A DNA stretch of 64,000 nt, from the IMG/VR virus record IMGVR_UViG_3300034101_005937, positions 1 through 64,000 of that record. One strand, 5' to 3'. This document shows positions 9,583 to 19,074 of the stretch, piece after piece (position 1 is the stretch's first letter; the number at the start of each line of letters is the position of its first letter). The stretch is from an uncultured virus (IMG/VR IMGVR_UViG_3300034101_005937). Taxonomy: Duplodnaviria; Heunggongvirae; Uroviricota; Caudoviricetes. The notes below the pieces were generated by a model. It was not told the DNA's origin. It saw only the letters and a program-made list of their open reading frames with translations, and searched no databases. Position numbers and translations under genes: made by a program.

Positions 9583-10104
9583 ATGAAAAGTTTTCAAGAA
9601 TATTATCTTATGCGAGAAAATGCTGTTAATACCATCAACATAGAAGAAGTTGCTGCTGGTCTAAAATTTTTACCAACTACTAAACAAAATAAAAATTATA
9701 ATTATGTTGCTACAGATGAAAATATGCCTCCTTTTTCCTACACAGTATCACAAGAGTCAAAACCGATTGTTACTGTTACCGAGGATGGCGAAGAAACTAC
9801 TAATACAGTTGAAGTTAATGACATTATTGTGAGTGGACCTAGTCGTGAACAATATGTTGTTAAGCCTGAAAAATTTTCAAAATCTTATGTAGGAAACATT
9901 GGTGGACCTGTGCGTCCAGAACAAAGTCCTAGAATGGTTGCTTTGTACACAGGTAATGAACATGTTGAGTTCATTTCGCCTTGGAACAAAAAAATGACTT
10001 TGAAACCTCAAGATTATCTTGTTAAAGAGGACGAAGGCAAATTTTATAGAATCGCAAAGTATGAGTACGGACAAACATACAATCCACTCGGTCAACAAGG
10101 ATAA
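9583..10104 (+). CDS. PGDYG-like protein with capsid-targeting-like N-terminus
   Basis: MKSFQEYYLMRE; GPSREQYVVKPEKF..Y and LKPQDYLV..YRI..TY. Confidence 0.55.
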   Translation: MKSFQEYYLMRENAVNTINIEEVAAGLKFLPTTKQNKNYNYVATDENMPPFSYTVSQESKPIVTVTEDGEETTNTVEVNDIIVSGPSREQYVVKPEKFSKSYVGNIGGPVRPEQSPRMVALYTGNEHVEFISPWNKKMTLKPQDYLVKEDEGKFYRIAKYEYGQTYNPLGQQG

Positions 10105-10151
10105 TTTCTTGTTTATACACTAAATAGTTTTGTAAAAATCAGGAGAATCAT

Positions 10152-10850
10152 ATGAAGTTTCATGAATATGTTCAGTTAAGAGAAGGTGCTGGAGATCATA
10201 TTTTTGCTGACGAAGCAACGGTTTTTCATCATCGTGATAAGGCTCATGGTAATCCTTTTACTTTAGGAATACCAGAAAAACGAATTGAAAGAACAAGCAT
10301 TATTGTAAGTGTAAATCAACCTTCAGAAACCAATGGATATAACTATGACATTCATACAAAAAGTGGAAGCATTTATACTATAAAAGATTTCTCGATTGAT
10401 AATGATGGCGAATTTGATGTAGAATCACTTTTTGTAAGATTTAATTTAAAACCTGTTCCGGGTTCTAAGTATGATCGTTATCTAAATAAACAAAAGGCAG
10501 AAGCAGCGCCATCGACAGATACGTCAGCACAATCAACTCCTCTTGGGGAAAATGAATCAAAAAGGATCATCATCCGTGAATTTCAACAATTGATTAAAAA
10601 ATTAATAGATAATAAAGACTCGATTATGGAAAAATATGCAAGCAATCCTGCTATTGCAAGTTGGATGGAAAACTTTTTAAGTAATACAGCAATTGTAAGC
10701 AAAAAATTTAAAGAACAAGTTATATCAAATAATTACCCAGAAAAATTAAAAATACATATTAAAAATTTAGAAGAAGCAAAACAAAGTGATGAAAACATGA
10801 TTGGTTATTTGTACAATGTTGTTCAAAATTTTAGAACTAAACCATTCTAA
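10152..10850 (+). CDS. putative internal head protein
   Basis: MKFHEYVQLRE N-terminus; TAAATA at 10121-10126. Confidence 0.55.
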   Translation: MKFHEYVQLREGAGDHIFADEATVFHHRDKAHGNPFTLGIPEKRIERTSIIVSVNQPSETNGYNYDIHTKSGSIYTIKDFSIDNDGEFDVESLFVRFNLKPVPGSKYDRYLNKQKAEAAPSTDTSAQSTPLGENESKRIIIREFQQLIKKLIDNKDSIMEKYASNPAIASWMENFLSNTAIVSKKFKEQVISNNYPEKLKIHIKNLEEAKQSDENMIGYLYNVVQNFRTKPF

Positions 10851-10862
10851 CAAAGGATTCGA

Positions 10863-11429
10863 ATGAAATTTCATGAATATGTTCAATTAAGAGAATCTCA
10901 ATTGGATGAAGGCAGACTTGGTTTGCTTGGTGGTTTAGCGTTAGGTGCAGCTTCAATGTTTGCTGGTCAATCTAAAGCGGAAGAACCTTCTGTTCATCAT
11001 TTTTCGGGTTCTACGTTGACGAACCCAATTACGTCTCACAAGCAACTTGGTGATGACGAACGATTTATTAAATCTTGGACAATGTACAAGGAACAAATTA
11101 TTAGAGCAGTTAAAAGAGATCCTCATGTGCAGGATCTTTTGATTGAAATTATCGAGGAACATCATCAAGGCAAGATGGAAGCTGTTGTTGAGATTGAAGC
11201 AACAATTGAAGCCCCTTCAAAAGAAGAAGCAAAACAAATGTTAATTAGATTGATCATGCGTGAAACTGGCAAAATGAATATGCAAGGGTCAGCTATTAGA
11301 GGATTAAAGAAGATATTTGTAGATAAGAATGAAAACGCATTATACGCTAAAATAATTCGAGAGTTTTCTAATGCTGTTCATCGAGTAAAAATTAAAATCA
11401 CATCTAATGACGCAACGATTGAACCTTAA
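10863..11429 (+). CDS. putative internal head protein with hydrophobic segment
   Basis: Same MKFHEYVQLRE, then LDE-GRLGLLGGLALGAASMFA. Confidence 0.55.
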   Translation: MKFHEYVQLRESQLDEGRLGLLGGLALGAASMFAGQSKAEEPSVHHFSGSTLTNPITSHKQLGDDERFIKSWTMYKEQIIRAVKRDPHVQDLLIEIIEEHHQGKMEAVVEIEATIEAPSKEEAKQMLIRLIMRETGKMNMQGSAIRGLKKIFVDKNENALYAKIIREFSNAVHRVKIKITSNDATIEP

Positions 11430-11447
11430 ATCTGAATGATAAGTATT

Positions 11448-11879
11448 TTAATCGTTATTTGCAGCACGAACGCTTGATGTATTAACTTGCGTTACATCAA
11501 CGACGATATTTCCTTTTCCATCATCGCTTTGCACTTCGGCTACGATACCTGATGCACGACCAAATTGTCGTAAAAGTTCTTCTCTAACTTGATTCATAGC
11601 TTCTTTTTTTGCTTCTTGAGATGAACCGCTATAATTCCTGAAGCTGAAAGACCAAAAATAGGTCTGACCTTTTTCATTTTTTTCGTGCTCTACGGAAACA
11701 GAAGAATTTCCTATTTGTTGACTTGCTGGTTGTTTTAGTTTAGATGAAGGTAGTAATCCAGCAGCACCGGCAGCTAAAGTTGCACCAGCACCTATTCCTG
11801 CAATCCATCTTTTAAGAGATTCATGTAATTCGTTATCTCTTTCTTCCAACCATTCGGTAAATCGTAAAGGTATTGACAT
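11448..11879 (-). CDS. putative internal head protein with hydrophobic segment
   Basis: LRFTEWLEER; IAGIGAGATLAAGAAGLL; TAAATA on minus strand at 11908-11913. Confidence 0.55.
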   Translation of the reverse strand: MSIPLRFTEWLEERDNELHESLKRWIAGIGAGATLAAGAAGLLPSSKLKQPASQQIGNSSVSVEHEKNEKGQTYFWSFSFRNYSGSSQEAKKEAMNQVREELLRQFGRASGIVAEVQSDDGKGNIVVDVTQVNTSSVRAANND

Positions 11880-11952
11880 TTTTTCTCATTTCTAAAACAG
11901 TTAAACGTATTTATTAAACACTAGATAATTTTATGAAATTAGGAAAATTTTG

Positions 11953-11983
11953 ATGAGACTCACTCTATTAGGTTGAGTCTCAT
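11953..11983. promoter_or_regulatory. inverted repeat upstream of recA (operator or hairpin)
   Basis: atgagactca-N11-tgagtctcat. Confidence 0.45.
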
Positions 11984-12004
11984 TTTTATTACACGGAGTG
12001 TGGT

Positions 12005-13207
12005 ATGGCTCGTCAAAAGAAAGATTCTAACTCCTCTGATTTATACACCGATATTGCAAGCGCCACTGGCGCAAAAGTAGTAGCAGATCTTGATCAAGCA
12101 AGATATTTTGTAGACACAGGCAATTTTGCAATTAATTATTCTTGTTCTGGCAAGTTTTACGGTGGTGGTATTCCCGGTGGCAGACTATCTGAAATTTATG
12201 GTCCATCGGCATCTAGCAAAAGTCTTATTGGCGCAAACATCCTTGCTGGCATTCAGCGAATGGGTGGAATTGGAATCATCCTTGATACAGAAAATGCAAT
12301 CAATGGTGAATTCATTCAAAAAGCCACAAAATGTGATATCTCTAAGATTTTAAGATACACTCCAGAAACACTAGAAGATTGTTTTTCAACAATCTATCGT
12401 GTTATTGATTATATCCGAAAAACAAAGAAAATCGAAGTTCCAATTTGCATTGTTTATGATTCAATCAGCGTTTCTCCAAGTTCAAGAGAACTAAGAGAAA
12501 CAAAACTACCTGAAGGATATAGCAAAGCTGATTTCAAGCGTATTGTTGGTGGAAATGAACAGCCCGGAGAAAGGGCTAAGATTTGTTCTAAAGAACTAAG
12601 AAAACTTAATACAGAGATGGAACAGAATGATGTTACTGTCGTCGTTCTGAATCAAATTAGAGACAAGATTGGGGTTATGTATGGAAACCCAGAAACCACA
12701 GCAGGTGGTGGGCAAGGATTGCCTTTCTATGCCAGTTTGAGAATGCGTAGTCAGACTCAAAAGAAGATTGAGCAGAGCGTTGCTGGATCAGCTAAGAAAA
12801 AGATTCTTGGGATCAATATTAAGGTTCAGAATAAGAAAAATAGATCTTATCGTCCGTTTGTTGAAGTTGATAATATTCCTCTTTATTTTGATAGAGGGAT
12901 GAATCCATTGGGTGGTGTTCTGGGCGCATTACTGGATTCTGGAAGAATTATTGCTAATGGAGCTGGTAATTTCTTAGTAAATCCAGAATTTACTGGTGGC
13001 AAAGAGGTTAAGTTTAAGTCATCTATGGAAAGAAATGATATTCCTAATGAAATTGCAGAGGAATATGCACAAATATTAGATGCTACACCTGAAGAGATGA
13101 AGGAATATTTGCAAATTTATTCTGATGTGATAAACTATAAAGTGTCTGGAGAGGTTGTCGAAGCAGATGATGATGTTGATATAGAAGTAGACGACCTTTT
13201 AGCTTGA
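12005..13207 (+). CDS. recA: RecA/UvsX recombinase
   Basis: GGIPGGRLSEIYGP..KS, DTENA, YDS, LNQIRDKIGVMYGNPETT.GG..L.FYAS.R. Confidence 0.95.
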   Translation: MARQKKDSNSSDLYTDIASATGAKVVADLDQARYFVDTGNFAINYSCSGKFYGGGIPGGRLSEIYGPSASSKSLIGANILAGIQRMGGIGIILDTENAINGEFIQKATKCDISKILRYTPETLEDCFSTIYRVIDYIRKTKKIEVPICIVYDSISVSPSSRELRETKLPEGYSKADFKRIVGGNEQPGERAKICSKELRKLNTEMEQNDVTVVVLNQIRDKIGVMYGNPETTAGGGQGLPFYASLRMRSQTQKKIEQSVAGSAKKKILGINIKVQNKKNRSYRPFVEVDNIPLYFDRGMNPLGGVLGALLDSGRIIANGAGNFLVNPEFTGGKEVKFKSSMERNDIPNEIAEEYAQILDATPEEMKEYLQIYSDVINYKVSGEVVEADDDVDIEVDDLLA

Positions 13208-13689
13208 TTTTAGGAGATACTATGACTCCAGATTATGTCATGCTTAAGTGTCCAGATGGCAAAAATATAGTCACAGGCTATAACAATTTGTTGTCTTTAT
13301 CAGAATTCATTGAGTGTTTTAACATTAAAGTTGAAGCACTCAAGGCTAATGAAGCTGAAAACGCAGTTGGTCTTGAAGAAATCGCAAATATATTTTGTGA
13401 TTCTAATTATGTCAAGAATGCAACTGAAGGATTTGGGACTGATGTTGCTGTTCTTGAAAAGAACGCAACAAAAGACAAATCTTCTCGTTATATTAGAGAA
13501 AAGATTAAAGAACGTATTATTGACAATAAAGAAATTTCTTTTTCTGAAATATGTAAAATGTTTTCAAGTTTAAATTATTCTATTCCGGGTTTGAACAATA
13601 ATTTCAAACTAGCTCGTCAAGAATTGGAATCAGATGGTTATATCTGTTCTAAGGTTAAACGAGGAGTTTATAGGTTGGAAGGTCGATGA
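13204..13689 (+). CDS. hypothetical protein, possible C-terminal winged helix
   Basis: SD AGGAG suggests a start at ATG 13222; KVKRGVYRL wing-like end. Confidence 0.6.
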   Translation: MILGDTMTPDYVMLKCPDGKNIVTGYNNLLSLSEFIECFNIKVEALKANEAENAVGLEEIANIFCDSNYVKNATEGFGTDVAVLEKNATKDKSSRYIREKIKERIIDNKEISFSEICKMFSSLNYSIPGLNNNFKLARQELESDGYICSKVKRGVYRLEGR

Positions 13690-14171
13690 ACGAACAATTT
13701 ATTGTTAATCGTGTGGATGGTCTTAAAGAAGCAATTAAATATGCTAGATTGATGGGTTATGTATTACAGGAACAATTTGATTATAATAAGAACTCTGATT
13801 TAGATGTAATTTTTAAGGATTATAAAACTTGGGGATTTAACTGTGATGGTTACGATATTTATGTTTATTTTAATTGTGTTGAAACAGAGTTTGTTGAAGA
13901 TGAAAGATATGTAATTGAAACGCTTCAAATTTGGAGTGAAAACCTTTATTTCATACCATTTAATGTTGCTTTCAAGATTGTAATGGCATTTTTTGGAAAT
14001 GAAAATTTTGTGCTGACACAAATAATAACACCAGATAAATTAATTTATTGTTGGAATAAAATGTATGATGTGGACGGAAACAGCACAAAACCAGACAAAA
14101 AGATATGTATAGAAAAGAATTTTATGGGGACAGATTATTATCTTAGTAAAGAAGTGCCTTCTTTTTTCTAA
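13686..14171 (+). CDS. hypothetical protein
   Basis: ATGA overlap with the upstream gene. Confidence 0.7.
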   Translation: MNEQFIVNRVDGLKEAIKYARLMGYVLQEQFDYNKNSDLDVIFKDYKTWGFNCDGYDIYVYFNCVETEFVEDERYVIETLQIWSENLYFIPFNVAFKIVMAFFGNENFVLTQIITPDKLIYCWNKMYDVDGNSTKPDKKICIEKNFMGTDYYLSKEVPSFF

Positions 14172-14212
14172 TATTATTATCTTGTTTGTATAAATATTGA
14201 AGCAAAGATTAG

Positions 14213-14884
14213 TTATAGTAGTTTAATACGATGCAACCAAGCCAATTCCAATTCTGCATGTTCAGGATTGTTCACATAGTCTAAATTTTTAATAGGATAT
14301 TTTTGAAAATCAATTGGTGGATTATCAAAATACTTTTTATTTGCCAGTGTAATTTCCAATCCAATTGGAACTAATTCCTTGTAATCACCATGATTGTTAC
14401 CATGAACATGAGCGACATAATGTGTACTAAGCATCTTTTCCATAACCGATAATGGCGTGTTGTTAGGATTCATGTTAAGATGTAATTCGAAAGCAAAACA
14501 AAAAATCTTTTCTTCAAAATGTTGTATATTTATTGTTTCAAAAAAATTCCATTCCGCCCCTTCGGTATCTATCTTTAGAACAATTTTATTAGATTGTTTT
14601 ACTTCTGGCATATTTAAGAATTCTTCATAGGTGTCAAGTTTTGTTTTCCTCGCCCATTCATGTGGAATGTCTACAGAAAAATCACACCCAATAACTTTTT
14701 TATTTCTATTTAATAAATCTTCTTCATAAGTAATATTATCTCCTAGTCCAAAAGAAATACAAAGATCACTTTCGTCAACACATTTTTTAGGAAGAATATA
14801 TCCTCCATCTTTGTTATTTCCTATTCTTATTTTTTCAAATTTTCTTGGTATTATGTGCTTATTAATCCATTTAAATATTTTCAT
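14213..14884 (-). CDS. FkbM-like methyltransferase
   Basis: RIGNNKDGGY, ISFGLG, LKIDTEGAEW, FELH, HVHGNN. Confidence 0.75.
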   Translation of the reverse strand: MKIFKWINKHIIPRKFEKIRIGNNKDGGYILPKKCVDESDLCISFGLGDNITYEEDLLNRNKKVIGCDFSVDIPHEWARKTKLDTYEEFLNMPEVKQSNKIVLKIDTEGAEWNFFETINIQHFEEKIFCFAFELHLNMNPNNTPLSVMEKMLSTHYVAHVHGNNHGDYKELVPIGLEITLANKKYFDNPPIDFQKYPIKNLDYVNNPEHAELELAWLHRIKLL

Positions 14885-15038
14885 TTTTAAAAACCTTTGT
14901 GTAAAAACACATACAATAAGACTGTTTAATAATTTTAATTATTTAGTTTGCTTTTTTATATTTTGTTTAAATGTTAATCGTACTAATGATAGATAGATAT
15001 AATGGTCCTCTGGAGCGGCATTAACATGCTGAATAAAA

Positions 15039-15353
15039 ATGACAAATACCAAGCCATCGACCAGCAGGGTTCAATCAGCAATAATCAAACATTTGGAAAA
15101 ATTTGGAACAATTCAAATAAATCTTCCAGATGATTTTATGATAGAGATTGGTATCGTAGACGAAGATGAAGTTGGAAAACAAGTAAGATCTGAAAATTAT
15201 TGCTATGTGATAGTAAAAAATGAATTAAGGGCTACAGTTATAGACAAATATAATGTTGGATTAAGATGCAAGGATGATGATAAATTAATTGTTTTAGAAG
15301 ATAAGTTTGAAGATCCAGATGGCAATAAAGTTAAGTCAATTAATATTGTTTGA
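15039..15353 (+). CDS. hypothetical protein
   Basis: 104-aa ORF. Confidence 0.65.
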   Translation: MTNTKPSTSRVQSAIIKHLEKFGTIQINLPDDFMIEIGIVDEDEVGKQVRSENYCYVIVKNELRATVIDKYNVGLRCKDDDKLIVLEDKFEDPDGNKVKSINIV

Positions 15354-15400
15354 CTTAACTCATTTAAATTGGGTTTCCGTTGTTTTAGAGGAATAGTTAC

Positions 15401-15661
15401 TTGAAAAAGCTCAATGTTTTCTTTTCTACCATGAACGACTACGATTTTGTGTACCTTTACACAAGGTTTTTACACAGATATCAGGATGATTTGGCACAAG
15501 CTTTTGATCTTATTTCAAATAAGTTTGCTGAAATCAACGAATGGTTTTCAAATGTTTCAATGTCTTCTGACTTCCATTCTAATATTGAAGCGTTAACTGA
15601 TGCCTTTGCAGTTGAAGCAAGAAGACGCAAAATCGGCGACCCTGTCCTTAACCCGCTCTAA
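15401..15661 (+). CDS. hypothetical protein
   Basis: TTG start with SD GAGG. Confidence 0.6.
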   Translation: MKKLNVFFSTMNDYDFVYLYTRFLHRYQDDLAQAFDLISNKFAEINEWFSNVSMSSDFHSNIEALTDAFAVEARRRKIGDPVLNPL

Positions 15662-15686
15662 GGGGGTGATTTCTAGGGTGAGGATA

Positions 15687-15718
15687 TCAGACCTCCTTAA
15701 TCGGAGGTCTGTCTTTTT
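15687..15718 (+). terminator. intrinsic terminator
   Basis: cagacctcc-ttaatc-ggaggtctg followed by tcttttt. Confidence 0.7.
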
Positions 15719-15745
15719 GACAACTGTTGATTTCAAGTATATAAT
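15717..15745 (+). promoter_or_regulatory. consensus sigma70 promoter, leaderless configuration
   Basis: TTGACA-17-TATAAT, 6 nt, then ATG 15752. Confidence 0.85.
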
Positions 15746-15751
15746 AAAATC

Positions 15752-17539
15752 ATGAACACAATAGAAATCGGCGAAGTTGTCGAGAAATCATCAGATTCTT
15801 TTAAGCTTTATAAATATCCTTTTGAAAACTTCAATGTTGTTCAAAGTTCTGTTTTGGATCATGTTGACAAAGATGCCAATTTTATAATTGCATCTTCAAC
15901 AAACAGTGGTAAAACAATAGTTGCTGAATTTTTTATTTTTGAATCTTTGATTAAAAATGACAAAAAATGCATTTACATGTGTCCTTTGAAATCACTTGCT
16001 TCTGAAAAGTTTTCAGCATGGTCATCTGAAGATCATCCATTTTCTAAGAAAAAAATAACAATAATGGCAGGTGATGAAAAGAAAGATAAAGATGGAGACT
16101 TAGTCGTAGCAACAATTGAAAGCTTTTGTCACAATGTAAGAACAAATCCAAATGTATTCGATGATATAGATACAATTATAGTAGATGAAGCACATATGAT
16201 CGGTTCAGATGATCGTGGTCCTACTTTAGAATTTGCTCTAACAGAATTTGCTAGAAAAAATCATTCAAAAATAATATTTCTCAGTGGTACATTGCCAAAT
16301 GCTAACCAAATCGGTGAATGGTTGCATGATTTAAACAAGAAACAAACCTATATTCTGAATTCAAACTATCAAGCTGTTCCTTTGAAAATACATTATAAGA
16401 AGTTTGACACATCTTTAAGTTCTAGTGGTGTCCCTCATGATATGTTTGATTGCATTTCAATTTTATGCGACAAACATCAGGCAGATAAGATATTAGTATT
16501 CGTTCATTCAAAGAATATTGGCAAAAAATTAGTGTCTTATATAAAGTCTAAAGGATTTGATACAAAGTTCCATTCAGCAGACTTGTCTCCTAGTAAGCGT
16601 AAAACGCTTGAGAAGGAGTTTAAGGAAGGAGCCTTACGAATACTCGTTGCAACAAGTACACTCGCTGCTGGCGTTAATTTGCCAGCTAGAAGAGTAATTA
16701 TAGCAGGGGTAGTAAGAGGCAAAGAGTTAGTTGATAAGTCTGAGATACGCCAGATGATTGGAAGAGCAGGGAGGAAAGGCATCGATGATCAAGGTGATGC
16801 TTATGTTTTCTTTCCAGATAACAAAATAACTTTAGCCAATGAGTACAAAAAAGTAGATGATGCTTTGTCAAAGTTATTTAATCTTAATGATGATTTAGAA
16901 TATAATAAACTTGCTATTCATATTCTTGCAATGATACATCAAGAAAAGAAACTTACATTTGATAAAATATGGAACATGCTTTCTAAGACATTTGGAGGAT
17001 TTCTCAACAAAGTAAATTCAAATTACTTGAAGAACACACTTGATAGGTTAGAGCATATGAAATTTGTTGTCATTGATGATGATGGTAATTACAATTTGAA
17101 AAAATTAGGTTTACCAAGTGTGTTATTTTTTATTGACCCTTATGATTTGAATTGTTGGATAAAAAGTTTTTCTAGATATTTTGCCGGAAGCGTTAGAAAA
17201 GATTCAATTCTTACATATTATCTTGCGTTTACACCAAGTAACAATAAAAACTTCATGTCAGAAGATGAAAAGAATTTTTGCTCTTTGTATATGCAAAGAT
17301 TGCAAGAGCTTTTAGGAAGAAACTATATTGAAACTGGATCAGTAAAAATAGGATATCTTTATTACTGCATGATGAATAAAAGAAGCACAGGCATGTTATC
17401 ACCATTGATTCCCGTCATAGTAAAAGATTTTGGCAGAATCTGTGCTTGCTTAAGTCTTGTTTCAAAAATTTGTGGTTGGAATTGTGGTGATTCATTTTTT
17501 TCGGATCTAAAAAATAGATTTAGTAAAAAAGAAGTTTAG
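15752..17539 (+). CDS. Ski2/Hel308-like SF2 DEAH helicase
   Basis: TNSGKT, PLKSLASEK, DEAH, LSGT, ATSTLAAGVNLPA, QMIGRAGR. Confidence 0.92.
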   Translation: MNTIEIGEVVEKSSDSFKLYKYPFENFNVVQSSVLDHVDKDANFIIASSTNSGKTIVAEFFIFESLIKNDKKCIYMCPLKSLASEKFSAWSSEDHPFSKKKITIMAGDEKKDKDGDLVVATIESFCHNVRTNPNVFDDIDTIIVDEAHMIGSDDRGPTLEFALTEFARKNHSKIIFLSGTLPNANQIGEWLHDLNKKQTYILNSNYQAVPLKIHYKKFDTSLSSSGVPHDMFDCISILCDKHQADKILVFVHSKNIGKKLVSYIKSKGFDTKFHSADLSPSKRKTLEKEFKEGALRILVATSTLAAGVNLPARRVIIAGVVRGKELVDKSEIRQMIGRAGRKGIDDQGDAYVFFPDNKITLANEYKKVDDALSKLFNLNDDLEYNKLAIHILAMIHQEKKLTFDKIWNMLSKTFGGFLNKVNSNYLKNTLDRLEHMKFVVIDDDGNYNLKKLGLPSVLFFIDPYDLNCWIKSFSRYFAGSVRKDSILTYYLAFTPSNNKNFMSEDEKNFCSLYMQRLQELLGRNYIETGSVKIGYLYYCMMNKRSTGMLSPLIPVIVKDFGRICACLSLVSKICGWNCGDSFFSDLKNRFSKKEV

Positions 17540-17579
17540 ATTAGCTCTGTTAAAGAAAGTTTTCTTACCGGAGTATTTC

Positions 17580-18194
17580 ATGCTTGCTGAAAGTTACTAT
17601 ACAGGCAAAAAGTCAAAACCAAAATTGATGAAATTAACTTTTGGTGATGTTGAAAAAGTTGTTTATAAAATTGATATTGCTGATGAAGAATACGAAATTT
17701 GTGAATCGTTTTCAAGCAACATGTGGGCTAACAAGAAGACTGGCACATATGGAAGAGGTTTAGCTAATACAAAAGAAGACCCATATAAGGTTGAAAGAAC
17801 AGGAAAGATTGGAGAATTAGCCTTCTCTAAAGTTTTTGGTCTTCCTGTAGATTTTACTTACAGGGAAGGCGGTGATAAATATGACTTTATTGATGCAAGC
17901 AATAAAACAATAGACATAAAGACATCAATGAAGCGACCTTGGTACGATGCTGGACTTATCAGGGCAACGAATGAAGGTAAGATTCCAATGAATCTTAATT
18001 GTGATTTGTATGTGTTTGCTTATTTGTTGTTGGATGAAAAGTCTAAAAAACAAGCAAGTGTAATATTAATTGGTGCTTCAGAAAAAGAAGAAATTATCAA
18101 AAGAGAAAAATTCCCAGCAAGAAAAGGATCTCACTTAAATTATGAGGTTCCTTACAAGGAAATGATTTCTATACAGGATCTAAAGCTGAGTTAA
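17580..18194 (+). CDS. PD-(D/E)XK nuclease-like protein
   Basis: GKIGELAF ... DKYDF ... IDIKT. Confidence 0.5.
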   Translation: MLAESYYTGKKSKPKLMKLTFGDVEKVVYKIDIADEEYEICESFSSNMWANKKTGTYGRGLANTKEDPYKVERTGKIGELAFSKVFGLPVDFTYREGGDKYDFIDASNKTIDIKTSMKRPWYDAGLIRATNEGKIPMNLNCDLYVFAYLLLDEKSKKQASVILIGASEKEEIIKREKFPARKGSHLNYEVPYKEMISIQDLKLS

Positions 18195-18426
18195 GATTCT
18201 TTCCAAAGAAGTTTTCTGGGTATTCCATTTTAACAACCTTTTTACCCTTCGCTTCTTCTTCCCAGAAGCGAACTTGTTCAACAGATACGCCTAGTTCGAT
18301 ATAGTGACAATCATCGCTTGCAGCTACAGGCATGTTTAAGTTTTTACCATTATAAATGATGTTAACTTTGCAAACTTTTTTTTCTCGATCAAAGCAAAAA
18401 CAATTGTTGCATTTTTTCTTGTTCAT
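18169..18426 (-). CDS. small Cys-rich hypothetical protein
   Basis: CNNC...C...C. Confidence 0.6.
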   Translation of the reverse strand: MNKKKCNNCFCFDREKKVCKVNIIYNGKNLNMPVAASDDCHYIELGVSVEQVRFWEEEAKGKKVVKMEYPENFFGKNLNSALDPV

Positions 18427-18441
18427 GACTATAACATAGTT

Positions 18442-19074
18442 ATGAAAAATATCATTGTTGGCTTATTTGGTCAGGCAGCATCTGGTAAAGATACAGTTGC
18501 AGGAATGCTTGCTCCACGGCTGTGGCAATATATTGATCATGAAAAACCACTTGTTACAAAAATTGCTTTTGCCTATAATGTCAAAAAAATATATTGTGAT
18601 TACTTTGACGTTGATTTTGATTTTATTGAAGAATGGAAAAGAAATCCCGAACCTCCTCCCGGTTTTTCAATGAATGTCAGACAGGCTTTACAAATGATTG
18701 GTGATGGATTCAGAAAAGTTAAAAATTCTGTTTGGATCGACAAAGTTTTGAATAAAATGCAAAATGTAATTATCACAGATGGTCGTTATCTTAACGAAGC
18801 TAAAGCAATTAAAGAAAAAGATGGTATTGTCGTTCTTATTGATCGTCCCAATCATCGTAACACTGATCAAAACGATAGTGAAAAGATTATGGGAGAAGCA
18901 TCAGATTATTTTGGTAATAAAGACGCAAATGGAATTATTGCTGATAGTAACTATCCTATGTTTGATTATTACATGAAGAATGATAGTAATCTTTTGTCTT
19001 TAGAAGACAAGATAGTACAACAATTGATTCCTTTCATTGTTGAAAAGTTTGAATTAAAAGATTATAAAAATTAA
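18442..19074 (+). CDS. deoxynucleoside monophosphate kinase (T4 gp1-like)
   Basis: GQAASGKDTVA, RQALQMIG, ITDGRYLNE. Confidence 0.85.
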   Translation: MKNIIVGLFGQAASGKDTVAGMLAPRLWQYIDHEKPLVTKIAFAYNVKKIYCDYFDVDFDFIEEWKRNPEPPPGFSMNVRQALQMIGDGFRKVKNSVWIDKVLNKMQNVIITDGRYLNEAKAIKEKDGIVVLIDRPNHRNTDQNDSEKIMGEASDYFGNKDANGIIADSNYPMFDYYMKNDSNLLSLEDKIVQQLIPFIVEKFELKDYKN

